A program made the position numbers and the translations under genes. Below, piece by piece: positions 1 through 16,554 of a stretch of 64,000 nucleotides of DNA (the stretch's first letter is position 1; every line of letters starts with the position of its first letter). Location: the NCBI RefSeq assembly GCF_963921235.1, contig NC_086097.1, forward strand, positions 130,698,001-130,762,000, in the 5' to 3' direction. The notes beneath the pieces were generated by a model that saw only the letters and a program-made list of their open reading frames with translations, was not told the DNA's origin and ran no database searches. This DNA comes from Mobula hypostoma. Lineage: Eukaryota.

Positions 1-738
1 CAAAACTCCAAAGGAGTTTTGTACACTAGCAATTCCCTGAAGCCTCAGAGCACAGGGCTGTTTGTGATTGTTTTAGCAAAGACTCCCAGATGTTGCTGCA
101 GCTGCTGTTGCTTATACAAAGCGAACTGGCAAAATCCAGAGATAATGGCACCAGGTTCCTGGCTTACTTCTGAAGGCTACCAAAAAGTTAGCTGCTTCTG
201 AGCAACTTTGTATTAATTGGTAACTCAGATCTTGAAAAATAATTTCAATTTATTGGGCAATAACATACAGAAGAGTTCATGTTGGCATTGATTCCTTTCC
301 CTATTAAAGCAACACAAATAACACACTTCTCATGATATCCTATAAATAAAATAGTTAGCAGTCATTCATGCTGTTTTTAAACAGTTTATGTCTGAACAAT
401 TACAGAACAAACTTTAATTTGGATGATTTGATGTGGTCAGTGTCACAAAATAGAAAAATGTGCTATCCATGATAGATGCTGCTTATTGCTTGTTTGTTGA
501 TATATTTATGCCTTGGATATTTTTCTAAAACTGATGCTGATGTGACTGAACAGAAATATGACTTCACAATGAAATGAATATTCCTCACAGTCTGATCTTA
601 ATCATAGCCCTAATATTAAAATACTGTTTCAATCCCAGCAGTGGCTAGCAACAAGTAGATAATTCTTCAATCCATGAACGAATTGGAAGTTCAAGGCTGT
701 CAAGTAGTTCATATTCATGCAATATTTCCCCTTAGCTG

Positions 739-795
739 TTGATGGATGGATGGATGGGTGTATGTGTGTGAGAGACCCCGACCGTGTATGTGTAC

Positions 796-827
<32 letters not shown>

Positions 828-1088
828 CTATGTGTACATGTATGTGTGTGAGAGAGTGTGCATGAGTGTGTGTGTGTGTGTGTGTGAGAGAGTGAGTGTG
901 TGTGTATGAGTGTGTGTGAGAAAGTGCGAGAGTGTGCATGTGTGTGAGAGAGAGTGAGAGTATGAGTGTGTGAGAGTGTGAGTGTGAGAGAGTGTGAGTG
1001 TGAGAGAGTGTGAGTGTGTGAGAGAGAGAGAGTGAGTGTGAGTGTGTGTGGTGAGAGAGAGTGTGAGTGTGTACGCGTGTGTGTGCGC

Positions 1089-1120
<32 letters not shown>
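739..1120. repeat. Compound (TG)n/(GA)n microsatellite
   Basis: Direct inspection; explains the His/Thr-rich ORF 715..1218. Confidence 0.95.
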
Positions 1121-1121
<1 letters not shown>

Positions 1122-1549
1122 CTACTGAGAATACCAGCTTCAATATATGTCGTAAATGTAACTTGATAGTATCTTGTTCATTCTCTTGGTCTCCAATTTG
1201 AATTCTATTAGGCAGCACAGAGCCCAGTCAGCAGACAAGGAGGGGCACTGGATAAATATACAAGTGATGCTGATATAATCTGCCCTTGAGAAAGTGGATC
1301 CCAGGTGCCCTTATGAACCAGTTGGGGAGGGAATTCCAGATTTATTTGGTTCTGTCAGGGTGGGGCTTGCATGTTCTCTGTATGACTGGTTGGGTTTCCT
1401 CAGGATGCTGCTGTACGTCTCACATCCCAACGATGCCTTGCTGGGATAATGGGGTACTGCAAATAACTCAGTATATGGGTGGTGGGAAAGTAAGGGGAAT
1501 TGTTGGGAACAGGTCACAGGAAATATTTTAAAATTTTGATTTAGCGATT

Positions 1550-1780
1550 CTGTACAGAAAAGGCCCTTCTGGCCCTTTGAACCCAGCAAATCCTGACAGA
1601 CCCAGTTAACCCTAACCTAATCACGGGACCATTTACAATGACCAATTAACCTGCCCGGTACATCTTTGGACTGTGGGAGGAAACCAAAAGACCCGGAGAG
1701 AATCCACACATTCCACTGGGAGGACGTACAGAGTCTCCTTGTGGAACGGTGCCCGAATTAAACTCCAATCTCCGGAATGC
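1550..1780 (-). mobile_element. HE1/V-SINE-like SINE fragment
   Basis: Core ctttggactgtgggaggaaacc...ccggag, shared with copies at 4480, 25985 and 33285. Confidence 0.7.
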
Positions 1781-4139
1781 AGAGAATGAGTGAGGACAGA
1801 CCCATGGGTGTCACTGAAAGATATCGCTGTGTAGATCCTCCAGGAGAAAGTTGCTTGTGTGGGATTGAGAGATAATAACTATTAATGGGAAGTTAAGACG
1901 TTGGAGCTCTGTATTCTGGTCAAGATAAATTTGTGTTGAAAGTCCTTCATGTTACGAAGTAGGTTGATTGTGTAAACACGGGGGAGGGGTCAAGACCAAC
2001 ACCATAAATATAAAGGTAATTATTTATAAATTCCGTCAGGAATTGAGAAGACATCGCTTTATCCAGATTGTGCTGGGACTGGCTGAGGTTGAAGAAGGTA
2101 GCAGAGTTAAATCCAAAGTCAGAGATTCAGTTTATTGTCACATGCAAAAAATATGTGTGCACAGGTAGAATGAAAAGTTCACTCGCAGCAGCATCACACG
2201 CACATGGCATCAGATAAGCAGAATTAACAAGATAAAAATATAAACTGAACATACAGTATACATTAATTTTCATGTGAAAATACAAATAGAGCAAAAATGT
2301 CTATTTTAGTGCAAAGTGGTCAAGGTAGCGATTCAGGTTTTGCTGGTTGGTTCAAAAACAGAATGGTTGAAGGGAGGTGGCTGTTATTGAACCTGTTGGT
2401 TTGGGACTTCAACACAAGGCAGCAAAGAATAGAAGGATATCTTGAAAAGGGTACAAGTACTAGGTGGCAAAAAGAACGGTGCATCTATATAACACCTGTC
2501 ACATCATTTTCAAAGTACTTTAAAGCCAGTGAGGTCCTTTGACAGTGTAGCTCCTATGGAACGAGTCACAAACAATCTGCATCCAGCAAATTCATATAGC
2601 TTGTTAATGAGCAGGTAATCTGTTTCACCAGTATTAGCCAGGATGGGCGGAGATATCATCCCCCAAAACCTGGGGATTGGAAGGAGGAAGGATTAACTTT
2701 CACTCCAGCTAACTTCACACCTGGGAACAGCTGTAGACTTGTCACTATCAATTAATATTGTCTGGTAGTGGTAACCACCGCACTCTCATTTGGGACACAG
2801 TCATACCAGAGCAATTCATAACTCAATATAACCTCCACTTTTGCACTGTTGAAACTAACCTTACCCTTCCCACTCAGGGACAAAGGAGATATGGCAACAG
2901 GTTAGGAGATTGATGCTCCTAGATTAAACTTGGATTGGGACAAAAAACTTGTTACAGGCAAAGGAGAAGGCATTAGTTAGAGAAGTGTTTCTGGCTAGAA
3001 TCTATTAGGATCTCCCTTTTATCTTTGGGGAGAAGGTACAGTAACTTGAAAGTCCAGATGTCCCCAGACTTTAGAACTAATTCCTCCCCACTGTGGTCAG
3101 ACTCTGAAGCAATCACCCCTATTGCATCTCCTTCCCTCCCAGTGGTGGTGCTGCTATGTTCTCGCAATCTTATCCTCTTGATTATTCCATTACATATGGT
3201 CATATTAGCTTTTCCTTTGCACCACTTTCAACTGCACTCCAATCTTTTCACTTTTCTTTAGTGTGTGTTCAATGTTGTATTTATCATTACTGTGTGTCCT
3301 ATATACTGTACTTTGTAGTCAGTAGATATCGTAGACTGAAGGGCCTGCACAATACAGTTCTATGTTCCGAAACAAATTATTACAGGGAGTGAACAATAGA
3401 AAAGAACGTCAACGCAACCTGGATTAAAGCACATCTACTGTAGCAGAATATTAGGAGTCCAGTTGTAGCAACCCAGCTAAATGGGGTGAGCATCTCATAT
3501 ATATCCCAGCATTTACCCTCTTGTTCAAAGCATCAAAAACTTTTACTCTTCAGCCAAGTCTCCTGGACAGGTGCAGCCAATAGCCGGCAGCGCGAGTTCT
3601 AACCCCTCAACTGCCTGTCTTATCCAGCTCTCAAATCCCTGACACTTCTGACTAATTTGTGAATAAGTGACATACTTACGTTTTGTCAGGAAGATTTAGC
3701 TCACCCATCTGCTATTTCAAAATAAATCAGGTGGGCAGATTTGCTGAGTGACTCTCGACATCGGTCTTCTAACAGGAGGTCTAACAAGTTGTGTGGCTTG
3801 TTGGGAGATATGATGTACAAGGTAAAAAATGAGATCTGTGGATTTAGCAAAGGCAGCCAGAGATGTCTGACAGTGACAACAATCTGCTGGAGGAACTCAG
3901 CGGGTCGAGCAGTCTCTGTGGAGTGAAAGGAATTTCAGGTCAAAACCCTGCATCAGGACTATTAAATAGTTTTAAAATGATCGAGCTCAGCACAATCTGA
4001 AATGGTGTTTGATGAATCTGTCAGTGCTCTTGAACTGACGTAGCGTGGCAGCATAGTGCTGCCTTTTGGATTGGATAGTAAGTCAAGTCTCGGGTTCAAA
4101 CGGGTGATTGCATGGGGCTGATTAAGAGAAGGGCAAGAC

Positions 4140-4420
4140 AGTGGTAAAGCCAGCGGAGCTGCTGCTCCCACAGTTCAAGTTCAATCCTGACCTCAGCTAC
4201 TCTCTGTGTGGTGTCTCCCTGTGAGTGCACGGGGTTCCTCCCACATTACAAAGACAATAGGTTGATAGGATAAGTAATCACTGTATATTACCCCGAGTTT
4301 AGATGAGTGGTATAATCTGGGGCAAGCTGATGAAAATGTACAAATGTACAACAGTTTAGTCGTGTAAAAATGGATAGATGATGGCTAGCACAGATTCAAT
4401 GGGCTGAAGAGCCTATTTCC
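4140..4420 (+). mobile_element. V-SINE-like SINE, degenerate
   Basis: ctccctgtgagtgcacggggttcctcccaca core with CR1-like tail gggctgaagagcctatttcc. Confidence 0.55.
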
Positions 4421-4479
4421 ATAATTTCACCTGCATCACCTGCCTATTCACGTGTTTGTCTAAATACCCGTATTTATAT

Positions 4480-4740
4480 ATTTAGAAATACAGTATGGAA
4501 CAGGCCCTTTGGCCCAACCAGGAACCCACCGACTGTATTTAACTCACAGGACAACTTACAATGACCAATTAGCCTACTAAACAGTACGTCTTTGGACTCT
4601 GGGAAGAAACCGGATCACCTGGAGGAAACGCACACAGTGACGGGGAGAACGTACAAACTCCTCGCGGACAGCACCGGGGATTGAACTCCGACGCCCCAGT
4701 TGCAATAACGTTGAGCTAACCACTATGCTACTGCGGTGCC
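4480..4740 (-). mobile_element. HE1/V-SINE-like SINE
   Basis: tRNA-like head on minus (ggcaccgcagtagcatagtggttagc...ggagttcaatcc) plus central ggtttcttcccagagtccaaaga. Confidence 0.75.
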
Positions 4741-5679
4741 CACAGAAGAGCACTGCACTAATTCCTGCTGGCCTGACCGATATTTATTCCACCTTAACGT
4801 TACTCAAGCACATTCTACACTAATTATCATATTGTTTTTGTAGGGAACAAGGAAATATTTCATTCAGTGTACAGGGATTGGGGATATGAAAAACAGATTA
4901 AGAAACCTACCTTTTCTTGATTGTAGAGGCAGTTAAGTAAGTTTTAAAGCTAGTCAGTGCACAGGGCTTGTTACGTGAATTCTGACTGACAAAGGCACAG
5001 AAGAGCTGTCAGGCTGAACAGCATACTTAAACTGACCGATTAGTTCAAATGTTACATGTATTTCAAAAGTCACATCATACAAAAGTGCAAGGAGATTGGT
5101 CTTCACATCTTTACTTCAATGTTTAAATATTTCAGAATTTGCATACAACTATTCTTCCTTGTTTTGCCTTGCCCACCAAAGGGCAAGAAAACTCAAAGTG
5201 AATTCTCAGGAAACACTCAATTGCATTAAATTCCCCTTTTTCTCCTTGCGCCAAGCTCTGTGGCGGAGGACAGTCAACAGCGTCCCCTACTGCTGAAACA
5301 TTAGACATACTTGTCTAGTAAAGTTAACCGCAGCTCCTCTCATCAACCATAAGGATTCGATCCTTTTAAACCCTCACATCATTATAAAGGATCCGATGCT
5401 TTCTATGTCAATGAAAAGAATTACCCTGGTCTCCCCTCCATTCCCAGGATAGCCTTTTGCTTGTTCTTAGTTTGAATTAAGTTTATCCTTTTTTTCTTCT
5501 CAATTATTCTCCACACTATGTGGTATCAGATGCAAGATAACATTAAAAAATGTGGCTGCGTCAACATTTATTATTAATACTATATCTAAATTGCAAAAAA
5601 TGCAGCTAAATGCAGACAAATTTGCCCAAAATCAATAAGTGCGTTTCACTGATTCTGGGTGTGGCGAGAAAACACTTGA

Positions 5680-6240
5680 GGTTATAGAACCATAAAGCAC
5701 TATTGCACCGTATAGCACTTTGATCAGCCAGTCCACACCAACGATGAGGTCATCCCAGCTAGTCCAAATTTGCTGTGTTTGGCCCATATCCCGCCAAGTG
5801 CTTCTTAAATGATGCTACTTTATGTGCTTCAACCAGTTCTGGCAACTCATTCCACACACTCAACACCGTCTGCATTAAAAAGTTACCCCACAGGTCCCTA
5901 CTCTGCTCTCACTCCATACCTATGTCCCAGGGTTCTGGACTCCCTTGCCTTGGAGAAAAAGACTATTACCACCCAATTTACTGTATCGACCGTTTGCATC
6001 ATATGATTCTACATACTTCCACAGTATAAGTTTGCCACTCATTCTCCTATGTTCTGAGTTCTCCTAAGGCAGGCTCTCCGGTCCTGGCAACATCCTCATC
6101 ATCTTTCCAGTTTAACATGTCTTTTCTGACCATGACTGAAACTCTACTCCAAATGTGGTCTCACCAACTGTACCATCTATGCTCGGTGCTCTGACTGATG
6201 AAGGTCAGTGAGCTAAATGACTTTTTCATAGCTTCGTCTC
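5680..6240 (-). mobile_element. CR1-like LINE 3' fragment, degenerate
   Basis: Similar to other CR1 3' ends in the window (ggcaacatcc, tactccaaatgtggtctcacca). Confidence 0.55.
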
Positions 6241-6439
6241 CCTGTGGGGAGTGGGTGACACAGTCTATTGACTGACCTTCACTCGGGGGTCCACAAACTC
6301 TTTCTATAGGAAAGGTTCCCCCATTTTCCTGTTCCTTAACAGATGTTGAACCTGAACCACCCTCCATGTTTCCCACTCATACAGAAAATGCTGACGCTCC
6401 ACCATTTATTCCTCCTTCTCCATTTCTGATTTCACACCA

Positions 6440-6950
6440 GTGTAAGAGGGAAAGGGAGAGAGGGCCTGTCACTGTGTGCGTTGTGGAGAGTGTTGCTGTA
6501 TGCAATGGAGAGGGAGAGCATGTCAGTATGTGGAGGGAGAATGTATCAATGTGTGAGGTAAGGAGGAGTGTATCAGTGGCTAGTGAGAGGGAGCTGGAGA
6601 GTCTGTGTGTGAGGGAAAGATAGAGAGATAGGGAAAGGTGTGAGCTAGAGGAAGAGAGGGGCAGTCACTGTGTAGGAGGAAGAGGGATAGTGTATTGAGT
6701 TTGAGGCAAAGTGTGTGTGTAAGGGAGTGTGTCAGCATGTGAAGGAGAGAGAGTATGTCAGCGTGCGAGGGACAGTGAGTGTACATGCTGATGTGAGAGG
6801 GAGAGTGTATTGGGGTGTGAGGAAGTGGGCAAGAAAACGCTGGTGTCTGAGGGGGAGCTGGAGTGTATCAGTGTGGGAGAAAGTGTGTTGGTGTATAAAG
6901 GAGAGTAAGTGTATTTGCCGATGTGAGAGGGAGAGGGTGTGTGGGTGTGT
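6440..6950. repeat. Degenerate GT/GA-rich low-complexity tract
   Basis: Repeated gtgtga/gaggga motifs with strong G versus C skew. Confidence 0.7.
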
Positions 6951-9900
6951 GACGCTGAATGAAGATGTATTGGGTGAGGGAGCTTGCAGGAACATTAATA
7001 TCCTGAACCAAATGAGCTTAAATCCTAATAATAATTTCTGCAAAATTGCAGCTTGGTTAGGGTGTAATGACTCATCTGTCTTGGATTTTGTGGTTTTTTA
7101 ACTTTCCCTCTTTATATTACAACATGTATGACACACTGTGTAGGAAGTACTTGGAAGAATTTTCATCAAGAAATAAAAATCTATTCCACTGCAAATAGAC
7201 CATTCAGCCTACAGTGCCCAGACAAGTCACAAAAATTCCTCCCACTTCTGATGCAGCGCGTCTAAAACTTCAGTGAATATGGAATATGGGGGTTGGATTG
7301 GAAGGGTGAGTAGATGAAAATGAAAGGGAAAGGGGGCAAAATATGGAGAGGAGTGAGAAAGGGGAGGGAAAAGAGCCCCTAGAATTAAAAGAAGCCACAA
7401 AGATTGTGTAAGCTTATTGAACAATTATATAAAACACTTCAAAGTACTCATACGTGTTAAAAGAATAGCAGAGAAGTGAAGCTGGTAGAGCCATTGCTTT
7501 CTGCTCCAGGAACTCAGGCTCGATCCTGACCTTGGGTGCTGCTAATGTAAAGTCTGCATGTTTTCTCTATGACTGCATGGTGCTCTGGTTTCCTCCCACA
7601 TGCACGTTGGTAGGTTAATTAGATGCTGCATAGCAGGAGTATTGGGTGGAGTTGAGGTGAAGAGGTTGAAAGGCTTAGATGGCCTTTGGTATGTTTGCTT
7701 TGCACTTTGATTGGGGATTGCTGAACCCAGCGTAATTGCCCAGAGTTAGCATTGTTGGATCATAGACACATTCTTTGAGGCTCTAATGTTTTTCTGTCAT
7801 TCATTCTTTGGGGTTTTACTTCTGTTTTGTGGACGTCGATGAAGAGTAAGAATTTCACATTGTATACTGTATACATTCTCTGATATTATGTTGAATATTC
7901 TTCATGGTTGCTCTGCTCTACTGGATGCTGACCTTGTCCAGGGCTGCACACCAAAGCATCCCCTGAGTAACTGGAGACACTTTAATGTTCCCTGATGTCG
8001 GGAAACAGTTCACATAAAAAGGAATCATACTTGGAACTATCAGATGAGGTATTGCAGGCAAATAACTTGGAAGTAATCCAGAAGCAGTTTAGCTTTGTGA
8101 AAACTGGCAGCATTGTTTCCTTTGAAACAAAAGTGATGACACTTCAGAAGTACCTCATTGCCTGCAACTTTTTGTGGCCGATCTTAAACTGCAGAAGGCA
8201 CAATACAAGTCTTCAACTTTCCAACTTCGTTAATGATCTACATTCCCACAGTGCCATTCCTGACTTTGGGGGAATTCCAAATTACACACAATTTCAATAT
8301 ATATTTTTTGTAAGGAAAGCACATATCTCATTCCAATCTCTTCTCTCACCAGGTAATGCATGTCAATATTCTGATAGCATTTTCAACATGGACTTATTGC
8401 TTCATTTTTGTAATTTTACTCTGTTTCAGTATCTTGAAGAGTGAATAGAAAGTAGTGAGGCTGTGTCCTAGGTAAGCCCCTAATCAGCGAACAACTTGAA
8501 TCAAATCTCAATTTTCCATTTTTTGTTCCACGAGTAATTCAGTCACTTACAAAGTGAAGATATCCTTCTCAGTACAGAATTAAATCGGTAAATTGGTTTG
8601 TTATTATCTCATGGACTGAGGTACAGTGAAAATCTTTGTTTTGCATGCCATCGATACAGGTTATTTCATTACAACGTCCACCGAAGTAGTAAAGGTTCAA
8701 AGGTTCATTTATTATCAATGTATGCAGTTTACAACTCTGAGATTTGTCTTTTCGAGATAGCCATGAAACAGAAAACCATGGAAGAGTTCAGAGAGAAACA
8801 ACAAACCCACCCCTGCTCAAAAAGCAATGGCAACACAATCAACAATCCTGCCTAACTCCCCTCATGAAAACATTGACCCCCCCTAAACCCCCATCCCCCA
8901 CATAAAAAAAATCAATGAGAAAGAATGGGTTAAAACACAGAATATGAAAACCATTAGACTTTAAAAATCTACAGACCAAATCCATTAATGCAGAAGTTCG
9001 GTAACATCCTTCGACATCATCGAGAGACACGCTGCCCTCGGGGCACAGTGAGCTGCTACACAGGCTCCTTCTCCTGCAGCAGAGGGATCCCATCAGCCAT
9101 CAAAAGGCAGGTAGTCGGTTCTAAACCTTTGCTTGCCTTCCGCACTCACCTCGATGTTTCAGCCTTCCTCAACACTTCAATCAGCAAATAATAGACGCTT
9201 TAATCGGTGAAGTGGAGCTCAACATCAGCTCGTGCCCCGTCTCAAGGTTACTTCACCTCAAGGCCTTGAGGGCTCGAGCTCACACTGCTTGGAGGCAGCA
9301 AAGTGCTAGATCACTCAGTTCATCTCCAAACTGTATATCACAGACTCCAGCAGCTCTGGAAACACATTTAAGATGAAAAACAGATGTAAAAGAAGGGAAA
9401 TAAGCAGTTTTGTGGTCTCTCTGGAAGGCATCAACTGAAGGAGCGGTGTACGCAGGTGCCATCTTGACCAACTATAATCTGATGGAAGTATAATGGAAAA
9501 CAATAACAGAATGTAGAATGGAGTGTTACAGTTACAGAGAAGGTGCAGTCTAGACAGACATTAAGGTGCAAGACCACAACATGTGGATTGAGTTCAAGGG
9601 TCTATTTTATTATACAAGGGGGCCATTCAATTATCCCATAACAGCAGAATAGAAGCTGTCTTTAAGCTTGGTACACGCTTTCAGGCTTTTGTACCTTCTG
9701 CTCGATGGGAGTGGGAAAGAGGGAGAATATGGGGGTGGGATTTTTGATCATGTTGGTTGCTTTACTGAAGCAACCAGAAGTGTAGGCAGAGTCCACAGAA
9801 GGAAGACTGGTTTCCATGATGTACTGAGCTGTGTCTATAAGTCTGTTGTATTAGTGACAACACAACTGTTGGGTTAATTTCATTCTTAATACTCAGCAGT

Positions 9901-12105
9901 TGAGCTCAACATGAGTTGTAGTCAAAGTACTTTCTTAAGGCAGAGAAGGAAATGTAGCAGAAGGGAGCACCTTCTCAGAGCCATCACAACTGTTACAATT
10001 TTAGTTGAAAACCACAGGAGACGAAAGGAATGGCACTTTGAAAAATGGCTCTACAACTCAAATTCAGTTTTGCAACTCAAATTCCACAAATGTTTGCTTG
10101 CAAAGCATGCAATGCTAGAAATATATTTCCAATTATCCAATATTCTTGATAACTTAGCAAGCAAAACGGTGTCACTGCAAAGCTGACCACTTTTTGAAAG
10201 TAATGTATTGCCTAGGCTACTATATTTACTATATTCATCAAACGCACCATGGAAGTGTAAGTTTGTCTTTTCTTTTAGGATGAACATTCTCAAAATCCGT
10301 ATCAATTATAATCAACTTGTTGGAATTTTGACAGAACTCCTGACAAAAACTCAACTGAATCCCTGAAATGAGCAGAGACATACTCTATACCTAAGAATTT
10401 AAACTGAGTGGGCATTATTGTCACTCGAGATTACCAAAATGCATTAGGAGTAAAGGAATAATGTAGGATGCCGTCACCACTGAATTTATTCAATTATGTT
10501 GCCCTCAAAAACAGCAATGAGCATTTGGCTGATGAAAAATAGGAGCGATCCCAACAATGTCCCAACCGGTGCTCATGAAATCTTCTGTTCACATGAACAC
10601 AAACTCTCTTTCTCTCTTCACAGATACTTCCTGTCCTACTGAGTATTTCCAGCATTGTTTAATTCTATTTCAGATTTCCAGGATCTACAGATTTTGCTAC
10701 TTCTTTGGGGAATTTGGGAGTCATGGCATTCAGTGCAAAGTTTGGAGACACTCTTTACACCTTAACTGAACGTTTGAAACATTCTCCCACTCACGGCATA
10801 TGCTTGTTCAGTCAACTTCAGCCTATGAGTATTTGACTGTTAAAGAAGGGTATCAGGGTGTCAGAGAAAAGCAGGCGGATAAAGTCAGAACTGATTGTCC
10901 ATGATTTCACTGTATGGTCGTACAGATTTGAGGGGGAGCAGGAAATCATGTGGTAAATTCCCATTAATTAAAGAAGATTGCTGTGGAGCAAAATATAGTA
11001 CTTCTAATGAGATACGTTCTCAAGCTAATTTTCTCAGTATATTTGGTTCTAAACCCCAAGATTTTTTTACAAGCTTCACCTGAAACTAAAAAACCCTGTC
11101 TACACTTTAAGACCCACTCACATTGATGACACTGGATGGAGTCAAGAATGGGACTCAGGGACAATGAATTTCCTCAGTTATATACATGAACACATCCTTG
11201 AGTAGGGTGAATTAACCCACAGGTAGCCATGAGCAAACAATAGTTTTATGATGAAACAGAGGCAAAAACAACTTGGACACTGCTCCACAGGCTGGAACAT
11301 GTCTTTCAATGAGATTACCAAGCAAGCTTCATCTTATAATGATCAAAAATTAATTCCTCCCTCTTCAAAGTATTCATTTACTATATTGCAAGATAAAGGT
11401 CAGTGGATGAAGTGGTAATCTGAAATAATTTCAATGCTTTCCACGTTGTTAGCATGTCCTGGGTAAAGGTTATTACTACTTCCAAATGAAATATTTTGTA
11501 CTTTGACTATTCAGTGCCAACATTAATACCCTGCAGTCAGTTTGCTATAGATAGCTCTGAACTGATGGCTCTTGTACTCCATTAGCAATCTCCATTTTTC
11601 ACAATCATAATTGAATGGAATGTTGAATTCAGTGCCAAACTAAAGGGAATATTCCTGTCATGCATAATGGTCTCCAGCCATAATTTTGGCACAAGTCCTG
11701 GAGAAATAGTGTATGGTCAGTTAAGCAAATTTTCTACCTGATGTGCAGTGGAATATTTGGAAACTTTTTGAGCAATGTCCATCTCTGTGGTAATGGATTA
11801 TGAATCTGGGAACCTTACATGAACAGAACTGAAATAACCAAAATTCTATTGGCATCTGATTCTTGTTGTAGAAGAGGAACTTAATCTCATCAATTTGGAC
11901 TATGCTCAAGGCAAGGTTCTGTGAGTGAAAAGGCAGTGACGTATGTACTGTGACACTTAGTCAATACCCACCAGTTTTTACAATTGATGATGTTGTTTAT
12001 GGCTTTGGGCCCAGGATTATTGTTGCAATTACTTGTTATTTAAGATGGAATGAGACTTTGAAAATTATTTTCACCTTCAGTGGGGTATATATATATATAC
12101 ACATA

Positions 12106-13710
<1,605 letters not shown>

Positions 13711-14545
13711 TATATGTGGAATTCAGCAACAGCGAACTTGTTGGAAAGTGGCTTCTTCCACTCTGCAGGATTAAAGGTATAGGAGAAAATGCCAAATTCT
13801 GCCATTCCAAGTGAATAGTTAACCAAAGCTTTAAATGTTTCAGCTACTATCAAGTGTCCAATAATGACAACATAATATAATCGTCTTCAGAAACATATGC
13901 ATTTTAATTTGCTAAATATTCTTTATTTGCAAGCACCATATTTTTCATGGAGATACAAGACTGCAGATGCGGGAACCCGGAGCACAAGTAATCTGCTGGA
14001 GAAATTCAGTGGGTTCGGGTAAATCAGGTCCTGACGCAAGGTTTGAACTCACAGTATCAATAATTCCTTTCCTCCCACAGATACTACACGACCCACAGCT
14101 CCTCCAGTTGCCAGTTTGCTGCATCGCACCTTACGATGTTATGAATCACAATGACAACGATGAATGTGGTTTTAAAATTGTGTCACAGTTTATATAGTTA
14201 ACTGTGTGCCCAACATTAGCTTTCAGTTTTATTTAGATATAGCTTCTACTCATGTGAAATAGAAACTTACAGCTGGCTGTCATTGTGTGCAGATTTTCTC
14301 TCTCCAATGACACATCTGCCAGGCATTGATCAGCTTTGATCTCACTTTGTAACTATGTTTTCGTTCTCTAACTTCCCAGGATTAACCTTTCCACTAAATA
14401 GTTCCATCCAAAGCTTTATTATCATAGCAATTTTCACCTCCTATCAGGGTAATACTTTTAATCCTATCCAACAACCTACTGCCCCTTTACAACTTAAAAC
14501 AAACGTTTCTATTTTCCAGATCTGACAAAGGATCTTCGGAAAAGT

Positions 14546-15100
14546 GACCTTACTTGGAGTACTGCGTTCAGTTCTGGTCACCTCACTACAGGAAGGATGT
14601 AGATACAATAGAGAGAGTGCAGAGGAGATTTATAAGGGTATTGCCTGGATTGGGGAGCATGTCTTATGAGAATAGGTTGAGTGAACTTGTCCTTTTCTCC
14701 TTGGAGTGACGGAGGATGAGAGGTGACCTGATAGAGGTGTACAGTATAAGGTGATGAGGGGCATTGATCGTGTGGATAGCCAGAGGCTTTTTACCGGAGC
14801 TGAAATGGCTAACACGAGGGTGCAGAGTTTTAAGGTGCTTGGAAATAGGTACCGAAGGGATGTCAGGGGTAAGTTTTTCACACAGAGTGGTGGGTGCGTG
14901 GAATGCACTGCTGGCTGCGGTGGTGGAAGCAGATAGAATAGGGTCTTTTAAGAGCCTCTTAGATAGGTACATGGAGCTTAGAAAAACAAAGGTTATGCAC
15001 TAGGGAAATTCAAGACAGTTTCTAGAGTAGGTTACATGGTCAGCACAACATTGTGGGGCAAAGGGCCTGTAATGTGCTGTAGATTTCTATGTTCTATGTT
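14546..15100 (+). mobile_element. CR1 LINE 3' fragment
   Basis: LEYCVQFWSP-like sequence (gagtactgcgttcagttctggtcacct) and (tctatgt)n tail. Confidence 0.85.
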
Positions 15101-16554
15101 CATCAATCAGCATGTTGTAAAAGGAAGGACAATTCAAATTTGTTCTGGAAAGGACTTAAGCTAGTTGCTAAAAATAAACTGTTTCAGGGACTCAGTGGTT
15201 GAGCAGCGTATGTGGGGAAAGAAGAACTGTCAATGTTTTGGGTTGGGATCCTGCATCAGAGCTGAGAATGGAGAGGGAAGATAGCTAGTGTAAGAAGAGA
15301 GGGAGGAGGGTGCAACAAGGAAGGGGTAAGTAGGTGAATGGTGGTTTGAGGAGGGTTGAAGGATGACAGGCAAATGGAGCCAGGTGGAGGGAAGAGGCTG
15401 GTGTTGGGAGAGGCGTGGAATTGGGAGACAGGCAGGGGTATCATTAGTGGAGGCAGGCCAAAAAAGACAATTGAAAGGGTCTTCAATGCTTCTAGATTAA
15501 GGCAAAGATGAACCTAGTCTCTAAACAGACATGACTGTACAACTAAGTACAGCAATCTTCAAACAACTAGCTGTTGGTTGAATTACAGAGGATGGATCAG
15601 TATCCAGGCCATGTATTTTCTCATTGAATAGGAGGTATAGAAGCCTTGAGCTCCACACCCACACTACTGGCTTCAACAACAGCTACTTTCCTTCAATCAT
15701 TTGGTTTTGGAACCAGCAGCAAAACCTTAATTACTACAGTTCGGCAAATCTATGAGAACTTGGTCCAATCTTCTGATTGTGCTTTCCTATTTTAAAAACT
15801 GCTTATAATTTGTTTTTCTTGTGAATGCTACTTGCATGATGCTATGAACCTGTGATACTGCTGTAAGTTTTTTCAATGCACCTGGGCATATGACAATAAA
15901 CTTGACTTCGACTTTTCCAAATTCCAGTAGCAACCAATCTCTCTCAGTTGGTAGGAAAGGACAAGCAGAGGTGTTGCTCGCACTGATCATAATTAATTCT
16001 ACAATGAGTCTATCAATATGCCATTGTGAGTCGGGTGCAGAAGAGATCAGAATGTGTCAACAAATCGGGAGGGAGCAGAGTCAAGAACAGCCATGAAAAA
16101 TTGAAAGCATTGGGTGAATGAAGCAAATAACATATCATGGAGAGGATGAGAGATGGGCAAAGCTTGAAATGAACTTGCTTTGGGAGATTATATATAACCT
16201 TTGGCATTCACTTCATTATTGTCGGAATAATCAACTTGAGCGATAAAAGCCATTAGAATTGATTTGGGCTACATAATTATTCATAAAACTAAATAATTTA
16301 TTTGCAAATACAGATATTTAGCTTAATGCACTCACTTTGAATTTAAGATTTCTTAAGCAACAAATCCATTTAGATGTCAAACTAAATTTGTCATTCAACA
16401 CCCAAATAGACAACAATTTCTTGTTACAAAACAAAGAAATAAAGAACAACATTTTAAATTGCAATATGTCAAAATGATCAGATATATTTAAATAAACCTA
16501 TAGTGATGCTTGATTTTATCACATCAAAAGTTCCAAAAAAAAAGAGAAAAGACA

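Noticed and set aside
715..1218. 167-aa His/Thr-rich ORF
   Set aside because: It is the translation of a (CA)n/(CT)n microsatellite.
1..12000. NFATC1 or other host-gene exons downstream of ATP9B
   Set aside because: No recognisable coding homology or CpG-island promoter; the short ORFs are random or repeat-derived.
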